Assembly: GCA_951406725.2 (NCBI GenBank)
Contig: OX597821.1
Coordinates: 30,814,001-30,878,000, forward strand
DNA: 64,000 nucleotides
Reading direction: 5' to 3'
From: Octopus vulgaris
Lineage: Eukaryota
Position 1 is the first letter of the stretch. Each line of letters starts with the position of its first letter. This document shows, one piece after another, positions 39,490-53,979 of the stretch. The notes beneath the pieces were generated by a model, which was not told the DNA's origin, searched no databases, and saw only the letters and a list, made by a program, of their open reading frames with translations. The position numbers and the translations under genes are program-made.

Positions 39490-42195
39490 TGCAACCTTAA
39501 AAAGGTTGATCGATGGATATTGAACCAAGAAACGAAAAATGTCAATGAAATTCTGAAATACATCGAAACAAACAACATCACAGAAACAAATAATTTGATC
39601 AAGGTTGCAAGTATTTTTGTAGCAGAAACTCTTGGTGTCGATGTCAAGAAAAAGCAACACAATGGGAGTGACAAAAGAAAATATCCATGGTGGAAAAGAA
39701 GAATCCAGGCAGGGTTAGACATGCTTGAGAAGGAAATCTCTGTGTTAGACCGAAAAGAGAAAGGGCAGATATAAAAACGAACAAAAATACAGGGCGCTGA
39801 AAAGGAAGTATAATTTTGAAAGAAAGGGTCTGAAAGTAGTAGTGGAGGAATTGAACCAGCGCCTCGTTGCAAAGAAAGCAAAGATGGTAATATATGATTG
39901 AAGAATGAAGATTTACAACCAGAATAGGTTATTCAGAATAGATCAGAAGGAGCTTCTATAAAGAAAAAAAAGTGTGTGCAGATGAAAAGTTGATATCAGA
40001 TAACATTGAAAGCAAAAGTTTTTGCAGTAACAACTGGAGTAAAGACAAGGAGCACAAGAAGGACGCAAAATGGTTGCAACAACTGAAACAAACAGTAATC
40101 TATCCATAACAGGCAGAACTAACCATTTCAGTTAGGGAAGTGAACGAATACGGTAGACAATTACATGCCGATATCCTGTTTGCCACTTAAGTGGACGTCA
40201 TTGACTGGAATACTCGCAGAGTCAATATACGAACACCTGGAATAAAATGGAGTCCTGCCACATAAGCAAAAGTGTGGCAAGCGTAAGAGTAGAGGTACCA
40301 AGGATCAACTCCTGATAGACACAACTGTACTCAGAGATTGCAAGAGGAGGAAAAGTACCTTAATCATGGCATGGATTGACTATCGTAAGGTGTACGATAG
40401 TCGATCCATGACATTCTTGGATTATGGAGTGTATGAACATGTTTGGGATTGCATCGAATGCTGAGCAATTGCTTGGAAAAAGTATGACGAATTGGAAGCC
40501 GGACCTGACATCATATCGATGATGTTTAGGGACAGTAGAAATTAGGAAGGGCATATTCCAAGGGTACTGCCTGTCCCCACTGATATTTGTACTGTGCTTG
40601 ATAACACTAACATTGATTCAGAGGAAAGCAAAAGCTGGGTATATCTTCAAGAACCAGCAACAAAAAGTCAAGCATTTGTTATTAATGGATGGCCTCAAAT
40701 TTTATGGTAAATGAAGCCCAAGTCAGTTCCCTCGTTGACACGGTGTATACCTTCAGTGCTGATGTCAGAATGGAGTTCGGACTTACAAAGTGTGGTGCGT
40801 TAGTATTCAAGAGAGGTAAAATCAAATGTATGGAAGGACTAACGATACCGTCGGTGGAGGTTATGAAGCATATAGAAGAGACTGGCTATAGGTACTTGGA
40901 GGTTTTGGAAATGGATAAATTGATGGAGAAAGAAATGACAGAAAAATTTAAGGTGGAGTATTTGCGCAGACTGAGACTGATCCTTGAGTGGAAATTAAAC
41001 GGACGGAATAAGATCGGAACTATCAACACCGCGGTGGTTTCACTCCTTAGATATGGAACAGGGGTAATCGCATGGTGAGTAGACAAACTAAACAGCTTAG
41101 TCAGAAAGACAAGGCAGTTGCTAACTAGGTATGGGTCACTCCACCCAAAAAATGACACAGGCAGATTGTATGTACCAAGAAAAAGAGAGGGAAGAGGACT
41201 TATTGGATGCGAACACAGCAATAGCGCAGAAGAATGGTATGTAAAAAATGCCACAGAAACGCTATTACTAAACGTAAGAAAGTCAGGCTTGCGTAGGATG
41301 AAATATTGCAACGATAAAGTACAATACAAGAAACTGAAAACGAATGAAACTGAAAATAGGTGGGTAAAGAAACGAATGCATGGACAATTTCATAGGGATG
41401 TTGAAGATAAGACAGACAAAGAAAAAAGATTTCCGTGGATGACTAAAAGTGATTTAAAACCAGAAACAGGGGCTCTGATCTGCGCTGCCCAAGAGCAAGC
41501 ACTAAGAACAAACTACATAAAATACAGAATAGACAACACATCAGAAAGTGATAATTGAAGAATCTGTGGACAACAGTGTAACCGTATGGCATATTACCAG
41601 CCAATGTACACCAATAGCCAAGAAGGAATATAAGAGACGTCACGACAATATAGCCAGGCTTGTCCATTGGACACTTTGCAACAAGTATGGACTTGGCAGA
41701 ACAAAAATTGGTACGACCACAAACCTGAAGGCATTGTCAAAAATAGAAATACAAAGATACTATGGGATTTTATGATTTAGTGCGACCATGAGATTGAGAA
41801 CAGGAAGCCGGACATAGCCTTAATTGAGGAAGAAAATAAACTATACTGGATCATTGACATAGAATGCCCAGCTGACAAGGTATGAGATAAGGAAGAAAGG
41901 AAATTGAGAGATATGATAGGTTAGCTTGGGAAGTTAAGCAGGTGTGGTCGATGAAAAAGGTAGTAGTAGTACCAATAACTGTTGGAGTCCTGGGAACAGT
42001 GAGCAAAAATCTCCAGAAGTACCTGGAACAAATAGGGGCTGAAACAAAAGTGGAGCACTTGCAGAAAAGAGCACTGCTAGAACCGCTCGAATACTCCTTA
42101 AGGTGCTTGAAACATAAGAGGTGTTTCCTTAGTTCACTGGTAGTGGACAGCTGACACTGTAGTACATCTCCAGTGTTAGAAGCTGTGCAAAGGCA
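39490..42195 (+). mobile_element. Decayed R4/Dong-type non-LTR retrotransposon (RT + CCHC + restriction-like endonuclease)
   Basis: [96 protein letters not shown]; many stops; (AAT/AAC)n tail. Confidence 0.9.
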
Positions 42196-42249
42196 ATAAA
42201 TAACAACAAGAACAACTATAATAATAATAAAAATATTAATAATAATAAC

Positions 42250-43530
42250 TGAACCAAAATCTGTTTATGGATGACCTGAAAATGTTTGGGAAATCTGAAA
42301 AACAGATAGATTCCTTAACCATAAATTCCAGGAGTGGGGAAGAAACATCGGTATAGAATTCAGGATATCAAATGCTGAGTACCTAATATGAAAAGTGGGA
42401 AGAAAGCATCCTGCAGAGGATTGCGGTTATCATCAGGAGAGACCGTGGGTGAACCCGACGATAGTGGGTATAGATATTTAGGAGTTTTGGAGCTGGATGC
42501 CATTTTACAAAGAGAAATGAAAGTTAAGGTTAGTGAGGCGTATAAAAACAAGGTGAAGTGGGTGCTGAAATCAAAACTGAATTCCAACAATTTGATTATG
42601 GCAATGAATATCTGGGCAGTTGCGGTGGTCATATATGGTGCGTCCATCCTCAAATGGATTAAGGAAAATCAACACCGGATAGAAGGACATGAAAGTTGAT
42701 GGCGCTTCGTGGAGCGCTACACCCAAAAGCAAACGTAAACAGACTGTATAAGAAAAGAAAGGCTGGACTAATTAGTATAGACCTTTGTATAAGGAATGAA
42801 AGGAAGTTTGCCGAGTATTTGATAAATAGTGATGAAGACCTGCTACAATATGCCGCGAAAGATATTGGTGTATATGCAGATGAAATGATGGGCAAGGCAG
42901 AGTTTAACCAATGGGCTGAGGAGGAGAGAAAAGAAGACATTTTTGAAATGAGATTGTATGGAGAGTTAGAAAGTAATACACAGTCCAATAAGGATAATAT
43001 AGCTTCGTGGGCATGGCTTGAGCGAGTTGATTTCAAGCGTATCACCTAAAGCCTAATCATTGCTGCACGAGACCAGGATCTCGCTACCAATTCAGTGAAG
43101 TATAACAACTATAACACTTCTGACACCGAAAAATGCAGACTCTGTGGAAAGCGTGTGGAAAATGTGACTCACTTGTTAAGTGGATGTGACAGCCTTGCTC
43201 AAATGCTTCACCACAATAAAGTGTGTGTGTACCCTCATTTGCTCTTAGGCCGTAAATAGCAATATGAATCAACAGGGAACTGGTATTAGCATTACCAAGT
43301 AAGGTTACGCAGTCGGATGGAAAAGTAACGATACTCTGGGACTAACATTGCAGACCGCCCGCCGGATATTGTCATTTTGCGTAAGAAAGACAAATACCGT
43401 CAGATCATTGATGTAGCCTTACCAAATGACATGAATGTTGTGAGTAAAGAGGTTAAAAAAAATCACCAAGTACTCCCAAATAAAAATGGAAATGGCAAGA
43501 GAGTAATGTAAAAGTGATACCAGTGATGAT
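42250..43530 (+). mobile_element. Second R4/Dong-type fragment (RT C-terminal half to RLE)
   Basis: LFMDDLKMFGKSE, YRYLGVLE, ALHPKANVNRLY, AARDQDLATN, CRLCGKRVENVTHLLSGC, PDIV, IIDVALP. Confidence 0.88.
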
Positions 43531-43539
43531 CGAAACGTT

Positions 43540-44650
43540 GGGTTCAATCCCATTACGCTCTCTCCACTTCTTTTCTGCTTGGCACTGACACCTTTATCTG
43601 ACATGCTAAACAGTACTTGATGCGAATAAACTGTTACGACAAAACAATCAGCCACCTCTTTTATATGGATGACCTAAAACTGTACGCTACAAATAACAAG
43701 CAGCTGGAAACATTACTGCAGACAGTACATGGATTTCCCAAAGAAATAAATATGAAATTTGGCTTCGACAAATGTGACAAAGCAACCTTGAAAAGAGGAA
43801 AACTAGTTAAGAGTAGCAACATCACACTAGATAAAGCAAATGAAATAAGAGAACTAGACCAAAGCCACACATACAGATATTTAGGAATCAATGAACTAGA
43901 TACGATACAACACACACAAATGAAAATGAAAATAAAAAATAATACTATAGACGAGTTAGATTAATACTGAAAACAGAGCTCAATGCGAAAAACAAAATAA
44001 TAGGCATCAACACTCTAGCCCTCTCAGTTATGAAGTTACAGCTACAATATCCTCAACTGGACACTAAATGAACTAATCTAAATAGGCAGGAAAACAAGAA
44101 AAATAACGATAGGATTTAGGATGTACCATCCAAAATCTGACATAGAAAGGTTATATATACAACGTATAGAATGTGGTAGAGGCCTTATACAGCTAGAAAA
44201 CTATTACAAAATAAACACCATTGGTCTTTAAAAATACCTACTTCAGAAGCAAGAAATACTAATACAAATAGCCACATAACAAAACAAAAAAATGGTCTCA
44301 GTATTTAAGGAAGCTGAAAAATAAAAAAAGAAATCATACTACCTACCAACTATGAAGCAGAAGAAGAAACAACAAAAGCTGTAAAACAAATGAAATCCAA
44401 ACAAAAACTAGAACAGCAACGGACCATGATAAAACGATGGCAAGAAAAGCCCCTCCATCGCAAATACTGGGCTAAACTAAATGCAAAAGAAATAGACAAA
44501 GAAAAATCCCAGCAATGGCTGAGAAGCTCAGGGCACGAAGGAGACATTGAAGGATTTTTATTTGCAGCACAAGACCAAAGCCTCCCCACCAGAAATTCTC
44601 AAAAACTTATAATGAAAAGAAGATAACAAGTAACTGCAAAACATGTGGAG
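43540..44650 (+). mobile_element. Third R4/Dong-type fragment
   Basis: ISHLFYMDDLKLYA, YRYLGINE, HPKSDIERLY..GRGL, FAAQDQSLPTRN, CKTCG. Confidence 0.88.
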
Positions 44651-45399
44651 TTTGCAATGTTTCACCAAAAAGTAGAATTACAAATGTCAGTAAATGCGAC
44701 TAGGGTGTTAGAAAACATCTACATTCCCAGAAATAAAAATTAAACCGCTATTATGATGTGGTTAACGCGCATCAGGGAAAACATATACACTCACAGGGAC
44801 CATACATATATGTATACATTTATGTAAGTTTTTATGCTTACATTTGCATGCATGTATGTGTGTTTGTGCGTGAAATGTCTCTGGCAAATGAAGGTCACAT
44901 TTGGAACGTTAGAAGACAGAGCTGATTTTTCAAGTCAGTCCATTTTATACTTACGCTGATGTGGTGATAGAACGAGATGTGGTAATAAGTAAATATAATG
45001 GAAAGTGATTGAAACTATCGGAAATCTTTGGCGTCAATTATTCCACATTAAAATTATGCACTGTAGGCTGTTGACATGAACTAGAAGGCATTTGATTTTA
45101 GACTGTTAGGATAAATCGAGCTTGTATGCGGAATCCAAAACCACTTTATATGATTTCCCATTAATTTTCGTAATTTGCGTTGTGAACGTTTTTTTTTTTC
45201 TTTTCTCTTACTTTGTTTGACTATTACAAATCTGGGAATATTACTTTCATTGGAAATAATCTTAATCATTCGATGTAAAATCTTTCGATGTTACTTGTTT
45301 TCTTTCTTTTCGTAACAAATTGAGGATCTTACCATCAACTATTTAGCAAAAAAAAAACAACCTTTTATAATTACTGTTATTGTTACTATTATTCCAAGA

Positions 45400-45600
45400 G
45401 TGGATTGAATACTTAACGACATTTCTTCCGGGTTTTATGTTCTCAGTTCAAATACAACATTAGTCGACATTGCTTTTCATTCTATCGGAGTCAATAAAAT
45501 AAGTACAAGTTGAATACTTCAGTCGATGTAATCGACTTAGATCGTTCCCCGAGGAATTGTTCAAAATTTCTTGCAGCAATTGTTCAAAATTTTAGACCAA
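45400..45600 (+). mobile_element. Degenerate SINE family A
   Basis: gttctcagttcaaat...gcttttcat...gtcgatgtaatcgactta. Confidence 0.65.
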
Positions 45601-45639
45601 TACATACGTACATTCATACACATACTTTAAATAAAAATC

Positions 45640-46092
45640 GAAAAGGAAAACGTTTGGCACCACTTGAAAAAAATCCCTTTTAATGAAGAAAGGCTGAATA
45701 TGCTCGACCTTTATTCTCTAGAAAAACGACGACGCTGTGGTGATCTCATTCTTGCTCACAACATCATTAGCGAAAAATGTAACCTCTCGAAAGAGCTGTT
45801 CTTCACTCCTGCTCCAGAGCGTCGGCTGCGGGGTTACTCCGAAAAGCTCTCTCTGCGACGATTTCATCTCAATCGAAGGAGAGCGGCTTTCTCCGTCCAG
45901 GTTGCGGATCCGTGGAATAAGCTGCCGGACGAGATAGTGAAGATGCCGACGACTGATCGGTTCAAAGTCTCTCTAGACCAGAAATGGCCTGAACTCTTTG
46001 CATGAACACCCTCCCTGTACATAACTCCATGTCCCCCTACATGGCCTTGATTTTTGCTTTTTGAGCCCAAAAATTAACTTAACTTAACTTTA
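45640..46092 (+). mobile_element. 5'-truncated CR1/L2-like LINE 3' end
   Basis: ERLNMLDLYSLEKRRRCGDLI...RLRG...FSVQVADPWNKLP..V...FKVSLD; (AACTT)n tail. Confidence 0.88.
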
Positions 46093-46471
46093 ATTGAGAT
46101 AGAGAACATAAAATGTATTGAGACTTTTACACGTTTCTAGAGTAGCCAGGCATGTGGATCGTCATATTGAGTAAGGATTCATATAAACTGAGAATTCCAT
46201 CATCAGAGCAGAATTCAGAAAGATGTAAAAATGAGGGAATATTCCCAATCGAGGATATTAGCATATTCCAGTTTTTTAAATATGGAAGACAGATCAGAAT
46301 AAAGTGACTAAGCTTTACGTAGTTCTATAATACAATAGATAATATGGACATTAACATACGTATGTATGTTATGTATATATGTGTCTGTATATGTATGTCT
46401 GTCAGTCGAGTACGTGTTTATGTGCGCGAGTATACGAGTGTTTGTATTTATGTGCGTTTGTGTGTGTTTAT

Positions 46472-46858
46472 ACTTTTACTTTTGTTTTGCTTTTTACTTG
46501 TTTCAGTCATATGACTGTGGCCATGCTGGACTTATTCTTTGTAAGCCTAGTACTTATTCTATCGGTCTCTTTTGCCGAATCGCTAAGTTACGGGGACGTA
46601 AACACACCAACATCGGTTGTCAAGCGATGTTGGGGGGACAAAAGCAGACACACGAACATAAACATACACACACACATTATATACACATATATACGACAGG
46701 CTTCTTTCAGTTTCCGTCTACCAAATCCACTCACAAGGCTTTGGTCGGCCCGAGGCTATAGTAGAAGACACCTGCCCAAGGTGCCACGCAGTGGGACTGA
46801 ACCCGCAAGCATGTGGTTGGTAAAGAAGCTACTTACCACACAACTACTCCTACGCCTA
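46472..46858 (-). mobile_element. SINE family C
   Basis: Colinear with 11781-12192, with a small deletion. Confidence 0.92.
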
Positions 46859-47336
46859 TGCGTACATGTATATATGTATGCGTATATCTATTACACTGAC
46901 ATGACCGTTATTAAACACAGAAAATGCGAGAAGGCAGTTGCTGAAACTGTAATTAGCATATTGAATATAATGCTCGGTGATATGAAGTATATGCGATATT
47001 CGTACATCAATAGTCTGGTGAAATTATTAGTTGATTGCTTTATTATTGAAGAAATACTCTAGCAGTTCGCACTGAAACTTGTTAACCGAGCGGATAAAAC
47101 ACAGAGAAGCAAAAAAGCAATAAACAATAAAAAAAAATACGGAGAATAACAACAGAAAACAGTAACAAATAAATGATAGAAGAAAATATTTGAATCAAAA
47201 AAATAACTGATGAAAATGTAACGGGTTTTAAGGAATACAAAGCATTAAAAATCCAAAGCAAAACGTTTAGGTTGATCAATTCTTTCGATTTGCCGAAAAA
47301 TATCGATTTATTGATGAAGTGTAATATTATATTCTG

Positions 47337-47377
<41 letters not shown>

Positions 47378-47407
47378 GCACACACACTTACATATATACA
47401 TATATAC

Positions 47408-47438
<31 letters not shown>

Positions 47439-47489
47439 TGCGTGCGCGTGTGTATGTGTATTTATATGTGTGTATGTGTTCATGTATCC

Positions 47490-47534
<45 letters not shown>

Positions 47535-49389
47535 TGACACATACGCACATACACATACACATGGCAGAAATTGTTGTGTGCATGTGTACTTGTTTGCATC
47601 ATTATCTGTTTGTGCTTGTGTGTTTATGTGTGTGTGTGTGTGTGTGTGTATGTGTGTAAGTCTCTGTGTGTATGAACATGATGTCTGCGTATGTTTTTAT
47701 GTTTTCGCATGGTTTATTTTTGTTGTAATTTTGTTTGAAATTATACTGACGTTATTAATGAACTATCATGGGCGACTGATCGGGTTTAGAGATAATTATG
47801 ACAGTCAAAATTTGCATCTAATTTGCAAATAATCAAAAGGTCAAAGTTTAATACGAAGTTAAAACAAATACAATCATAGAAAGAACTGACAGCTCTGCCA
47901 CCATTATCTCAATCACTGAATGTATTGGTGTAATAAAAACAATAGAGCATCAGATTAAAAGCTTTTTTCGCTTCTATTAATATCGCTCAGAACACGCCCA
48001 ATTTTCTGGGGTCAAATAATTAGGTACTTAAGTACCAGTAATAGGACGTTGTTGATACAATTTTCTTATCAAGCTTTCTCCATAAATTGTCAGGCAGCTG
48101 GAAAATATACAATTAGTCTGTGTTGAATGCACTTCATATGTCTCTTAGTTAAATTCCCTCCAATATCGGCATCTTTTCACCATTCGTTCTCTTGTCATTA
48201 ACATAAAACATAAGTACTCACGTTTACTATATTGATTAATATATGCGTCCTCCCAAGCGTTGCACATATATCCCTTATTCTTGAAATCGGTATAATTTCA
48301 GTCAATCGAAGAATAGACAAATAGGCAGCTTCCGATATTATATTTCGCTTTTCAAATATCGATTAATGATGTAGCAGTCAACAGTTGATTTGCTTCTGTC
48401 CTTTGCTATGCCAGATTTTACCATTGTAATCAAAGCTAATAATACAGTAGAAAATTTAGGGTATCGTACAAATTGCTTCACAGCATAATATTCACCTTCC
48501 TTTAGGTTTGCTTTCATTAATACTTTTTGCTTTTTTCCCTTTTCTCGGACAGCCGATAAAATCCGAACGACGAATATAGGATTTTGATTGTATTCATCAC
48601 CCGCATTACAACAACTAATTTATGCTTTATTGACAAGGAACCAATTTATTTTTATTGTTAGTTTTAACAAGTAAAAATTGTAAATCTCAGTTTGCTGAAG
48701 TTTTAACCACCAGAATCGTATCAGATTTAGTGCGATAGTCTATTCTTAATCGATCTGAACTGTTCGATAATTAGTAGCTACGTATTTGGAGATCGATTCC
48801 CTCCTATGGCCAACTGAATCACAAAATAGAGTTCCGAAATTTCAACTAACAATTCTACGAAGTTTCGTTAGTGTCGAATTATTATGGCCAGATTCATACA
48901 TATAAAACTATACTATCGAGAGAATTGTCTTCAGTTTGCTGTGGATTATATTTCCTTGAGGAAGTATAGGTTACAAGGAGAGACAAATCCAAAATACATT
49001 ATTCAATAAAATATGTATATGAAGTAAAAAATTGAATATTTGTTCTTCTGGAAATAGACAATGGCACAAATCGCAAAGTAAGTATAGAAAAATACATGCA
49101 AACGTTTCACGGTTTTACAAGATTACGACAAGAATTATAATTTGGTATATCTTTTATCCTTTATCGTTTACTTCTTCCAGTCATTAGACGGTATTCCATC
49201 CCAAAACGAATTATCGGTTTGTAATGATACAAAATGGCCTGGTGTATCATATAGTCTTTTGAAATATATAATGACACGATATTACGGGAAGCAGAACTAC
49301 CAACAAAACTATGTAGGAATCTCAAGAAAGATCAGACGAGGAATTAAGACCAAATGATATGAAAGAAGACCTTGCTTCTAGAAGTTTAC

Positions 49390-49740
49390 CTGTCTCCAAA
49401 TATGGTGTATCAGAACCATTGCTCATTTAAATGGGAGAAAGAGAGGGATCCCAGTTACTACTAAAAGACATGAGCTTGTTCTTGCCAGGGTTGAATGTTA
49501 CACACCACTTCTCAACGAATGTCATATTAGCCTGCAAATTTATCTCAAGACTAGAACCAAATTCCAACTGTTTCAAGGGAGAGTGATGGCCAGTCTTAGC
49601 AGGATTGATAACATTTTTTATCGCGACTTCCAAGCTTCTGAGAGGCAATGGATTTAGGAACACTGTGTCAATAAGTAGCTTGAGCAATAGTATTCTTGGG
49701 TATTGCTGGTTTTCCAACAAGCGAGCCGAAAAGCGTTGAT
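49390..49740 (-). pseudogene. Highly decayed LINE RT fragment
   Basis: LEINLQANMTFVEKWCVTFNPGK resembles the L..DL..I..W...W...FN..K thumb motif. Confidence 0.5.
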
Positions 49741-50868
49741 AAAGAAGATGTATGTGAGTATGTACGTAGTCATATACGTACACAAATCGTCAATCCTTTC
49801 CACAATTTTACTTATAGTTACGGTGACTATCTTAAATTAAATAAGAACGTTTAATTTCACACAATATTACGTTGGCATTGTCATGTTTTTGCATGTCATT
49901 CAGAATATGAATTCGGTTGAAATATATACATATTGACTCTCAAAACCTTACTGTTTTGATTCCAATGTTTGCTGCTGCTGAATTTGTTACATATTCCTCC
50001 GAGGCCTATACAAAATGTAGCTGTAATTTGCTGAGAATCGATACTTTTATCAACTACATGCAACACATATGAAAATTGGCCAAGTGCCTATTAAAAGTAA
50101 ATCAATATTATTTTTTCATCTATAATTTTTTTCTTTACTGTGTACTATATGTACAATCTTTTACATTCTCTTAATTGAGCTAAAAAGGCAGAAAACAAAA
50201 ATGTTATTCTACACCAGTGCATACATGATGCGATGTCGTGACGCCGCTTTGCATTGCTAAAGATAAAACAGATGTGAGTCTTAATTGCGGATCGGTAATA
50301 TGCAGAAAAAAAAAAGAAACAAATTAAAGCAATTTACGCTTTTTAGCTGACTTTACAGTTGAAAGTAATTTTACCCAAACAACCGCAAGCTAACATTTGT
50401 TGCAGTCATTTAGTAACAACTAAACAGCTAGACGGTAATTAAATCCACTTCACTTTTCTTGATATTTATATATAAATGCTGTATATACGGCTATGCATAG
50501 TACCAATTATTGTCAGTGAGAAAATACACTGAAAGAATTAGGGCACTCATATCTATGACTGCATAAACATATTGTTCCAAAGCCGTCTGACTCAGGGTTC
50601 AATCTCTATGCACAGAGAGTCAAATAAATAAATCTATAGCATAATATTCGGTTAACAAATATATATGGGAAAGTTTTACTTGCTTAAAGCAAATAAAGAC
50701 CTACATCACATACAGGGCATACATTCTGAATATATATACATAAAACAATTGAAATCAAGAAGACTAACAGGATAATACAACAGCTGTTTCAGGAAGTTCG
50801 AAATATTCATACTTATCTGATAGAATGTGCAAACAGTCTTGGGTATATAACAAGTAGATACAAATATC

Positions 50869-51267
50869 GGATCTTTTCAGTTTGAACGGCAGTTTTTTCT
50901 ACTAGCGTGTCATATGAAATTGTCACCCATAATTATGACCCTAGAATCGATCTATTGCATTTCAATCTCTTTTAGGGTTAGGGTTAGGGGGGTATCTTTT
51001 TTTTCTTCACAAATGTAAGTAAACCCAATCTGTTTCTTCAACGAGGGACATATTCAAACGGCACAGAATGTTGTTTACCTCAATGGACGTCAGTGATTGG
51101 TTGAAATTGCAGAAATTGAAGAACAATCAACAACAAATATCTTACTAACTATAGAATCTTCTCAATAAAGTAAAGAGAAAAGATGTTTTATAAACACATT
51201 CTACCAGTATACGAAGTTAGTTATCTAGAAATTATGTTAAAAACTGCCGTTCAAACAGAAAAGCTCC
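50869..51267. mobile_element. TIR MITE (Merlin-like), opposite orientation to 9594 copy, with 3 TTAGGG units
   Basis: TIRs ggatcttttcagtttgaacggcagttttt / aaaaactgccgttcaaacagaaaagctcc; 8-bp TSD caa[a/g]tatc (50861-50868 / 51268-51275). Confidence 0.92.
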
Positions 51268-51749
51268 CAAGTATCTCGCTAGAGATGTTATACGTCTTGC
51301 TCATTTCGTCAAGAGAAAAATTCGCAAACGCAGTTCACGTAGTGGTGAGAGAGAAGAATAGGAGCAAAAGTCAGAGAGAGGGACGATATAAATACCTTAG
51401 AAATACGTGGTAGAAATACTGGGAAAGAAAAAAGAAAGACAAGATGGTGAAGGGAGGACGAAAATCTATAAGAGTGGGGGAATGAAGACAAGTAGAAGTG
51501 GAAGGAAGAGGGTTAATCAAGATCAGTATGATGATAGAAAGATCTACTTTTGATTTGTCTCTAAACAAACGGTAAAACAATTAGGGATGACAGTTAGCTA
51601 GACAGAAAGACAAGAAAAGAAAACCGACGGTGGAGCATTGTTAAGGGCGTGTCTATAATTACCGATACGTTTCTTGGATAAGAAATTAGTTTACATATTC
51701 TTCACCATCATCACTCCTCTTTAGTCAGATGGTTCTCTGATGTAATCTT

Positions 51750-51980
51750 CTTGTGTGTGGATTTGGTAGACAGAAAGTGTGTGTATGTGTTTGTCCCTCA
51801 AACATCGTTTGACAACCAATGCTCATGTGTTCACGTCCCCTTAACTTAGCGGTTCGGTAAAAGAGACCGATAGAATAAGTACTTGGCTTAGAAAGTATAA
51901 GTCCTGGGGTCGATTTATCGACTAAAGGTGGTGCTCCAGCACGGCCGCAGTCAGATGAGTGAAATAAGTAAAAGAGTAAA
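51750..51980 (+). mobile_element. SINE family C 3' part
   Basis: tggatttggtagac...ctggggtcgatt...ggtgctccagcacggccgcagtc...gtaaaagagtaaa. Confidence 0.88.
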
Positions 51981-51995
51981 GACAGAGAGATAGAT

Positions 51996-52106
<111 letters not shown>

Positions 52107-53044
52107 TAGATTGATAGATGGGTAGATATGTATACATAAAAACACAACTGGATGTTTGGCAATAAGTTTCTACTAAGAAAGTAAAAGGACTCTACATACA
52201 CACACACGATCGTACACACACCCACAAACACCCATGCACTCACACACTTTCCGATTTCATCACTGTTTTCCCATGAAACTGAGATGTAATTCCAACATTA
52301 TTTTTACTACACCACTTACACAACAAGATTTCAACAGGAAAATTAGGAATATTATTCTCCACTGCATATGTTTATGACTGTGTGCCTAGAGTTTTTGATT
52401 GCCTGCAACTATATATTTATTTACCACTCTATCTGTTTATATACACAGCGTGTATATAAATGTCATTGTTAATTTAAAAGATATTTCCCTTTTTAAAATG
52501 TAACGGAATCTCTAGACAGAATAATATATTGTTATGCACGTCTGTGTTCAAACTAATGACAGTCCAGGTCAACGCTCTGCTGATAACTCAAAGCTGTGAA
52601 ATCATAAACATCAAAGAGCATTCCTTTCAATATTTGTGTACATTTTCGTTCAGCGGATGTTCTCGATTCACCGAGTGTTGGTGATTTTTGTACAATAAAC
52701 AATGTTTTAAATTTAATCATAAAATCGTGTTGTGATATGCGGTTCTGGGAGCGCAGAGGTTATTCTATTGAACTTTTTGGTCCGATCCACCTATTTGGCA
52801 AAATCTCAGTAGTATAATACTACGGCAGTGTCGCAGCTCTCCATCTTGCGGGAGATAAAACTCCACAGCTTCAAATTCTCTTCAGTGTTTGGCATGACTG
52901 GCTATCGCAGTAAGATCAAGTAAAAGTAACGAGTGACAGCGCTGTCAAGTAACAATCGTTCGATTATCCCATTTTGATGTTAAAGTGTACCACATGTAAC
53001 TGGTTAATCAAAATAATGTTCATCCGTTAGGTACGGATTTTCAG

Positions 53045-53215
53045 CACTGCCTTTGATCGACCAAATCGACCCCAGGACTTATTCTTTCTAAGCCAAGTAC
53101 TTATTCTATCGGTCTCTTTTGCCGAACCGCTAAGTTACGGGGATATAAACACACGAGCATCGGTTTTCAAGCGATTTTGTGGGGACAAACACAGACTCAC
53201 AAACACACACACATA
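53045..53215 (-). mobile_element. SINE family C fragment
   Basis: aaatcgaccccaggactttattc...gccgaaccgctaagttacgggg. Confidence 0.85.
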
Positions 53216-53810
53216 TACATACCTATATTATGTGAAAATGTGGATCTTAGTTGATTCATTTAATATAAATGTAGTATCATCGCCCCAAAAGATCGATGCT
53301 AGAAAATTTCCATCTTCTGCACTTACTGCCAAGTATCACTCTCAAAACTCCTCCACGTTCCTATCAGGAATATCTTCATTAGGAGGATGAACTTGTCTTC
53401 AAATATAACTTTTCCAAAGACATCGCTTTAAAATGTGATGATTGATTGGGTTTTTTTAAAATTCAGATCACATTTTATTGATACCTAGCTATACGTTTCT
53501 AATACTCTCTTTTTCCTTTGTGATGTATGTGGATATCTGCGGACATTCTGAACTGTTGAATCTGCTTCAAACTTATTACTAATTCAAGTGATGGTAAATC
53601 GCGCTGGCGGATCTGTTTGAAAATCCCTTCTAAGCAATCTGTGAACTCCGACAGAATTTCCAAACTTCTAGTAGCCCTTTGTTCAAATCTTCGTTTGGCT
53701 CACTCCATTCTTTCCAATGAGTTAAATCTAAGAATTGAAAACTAAACGAATAATCAGCTGTTGAAGTGTCTATACATTTCTTTAACCAGCGCATACACAC
53801 ACACACATCA

Positions 53811-53979
<169 letters not shown>

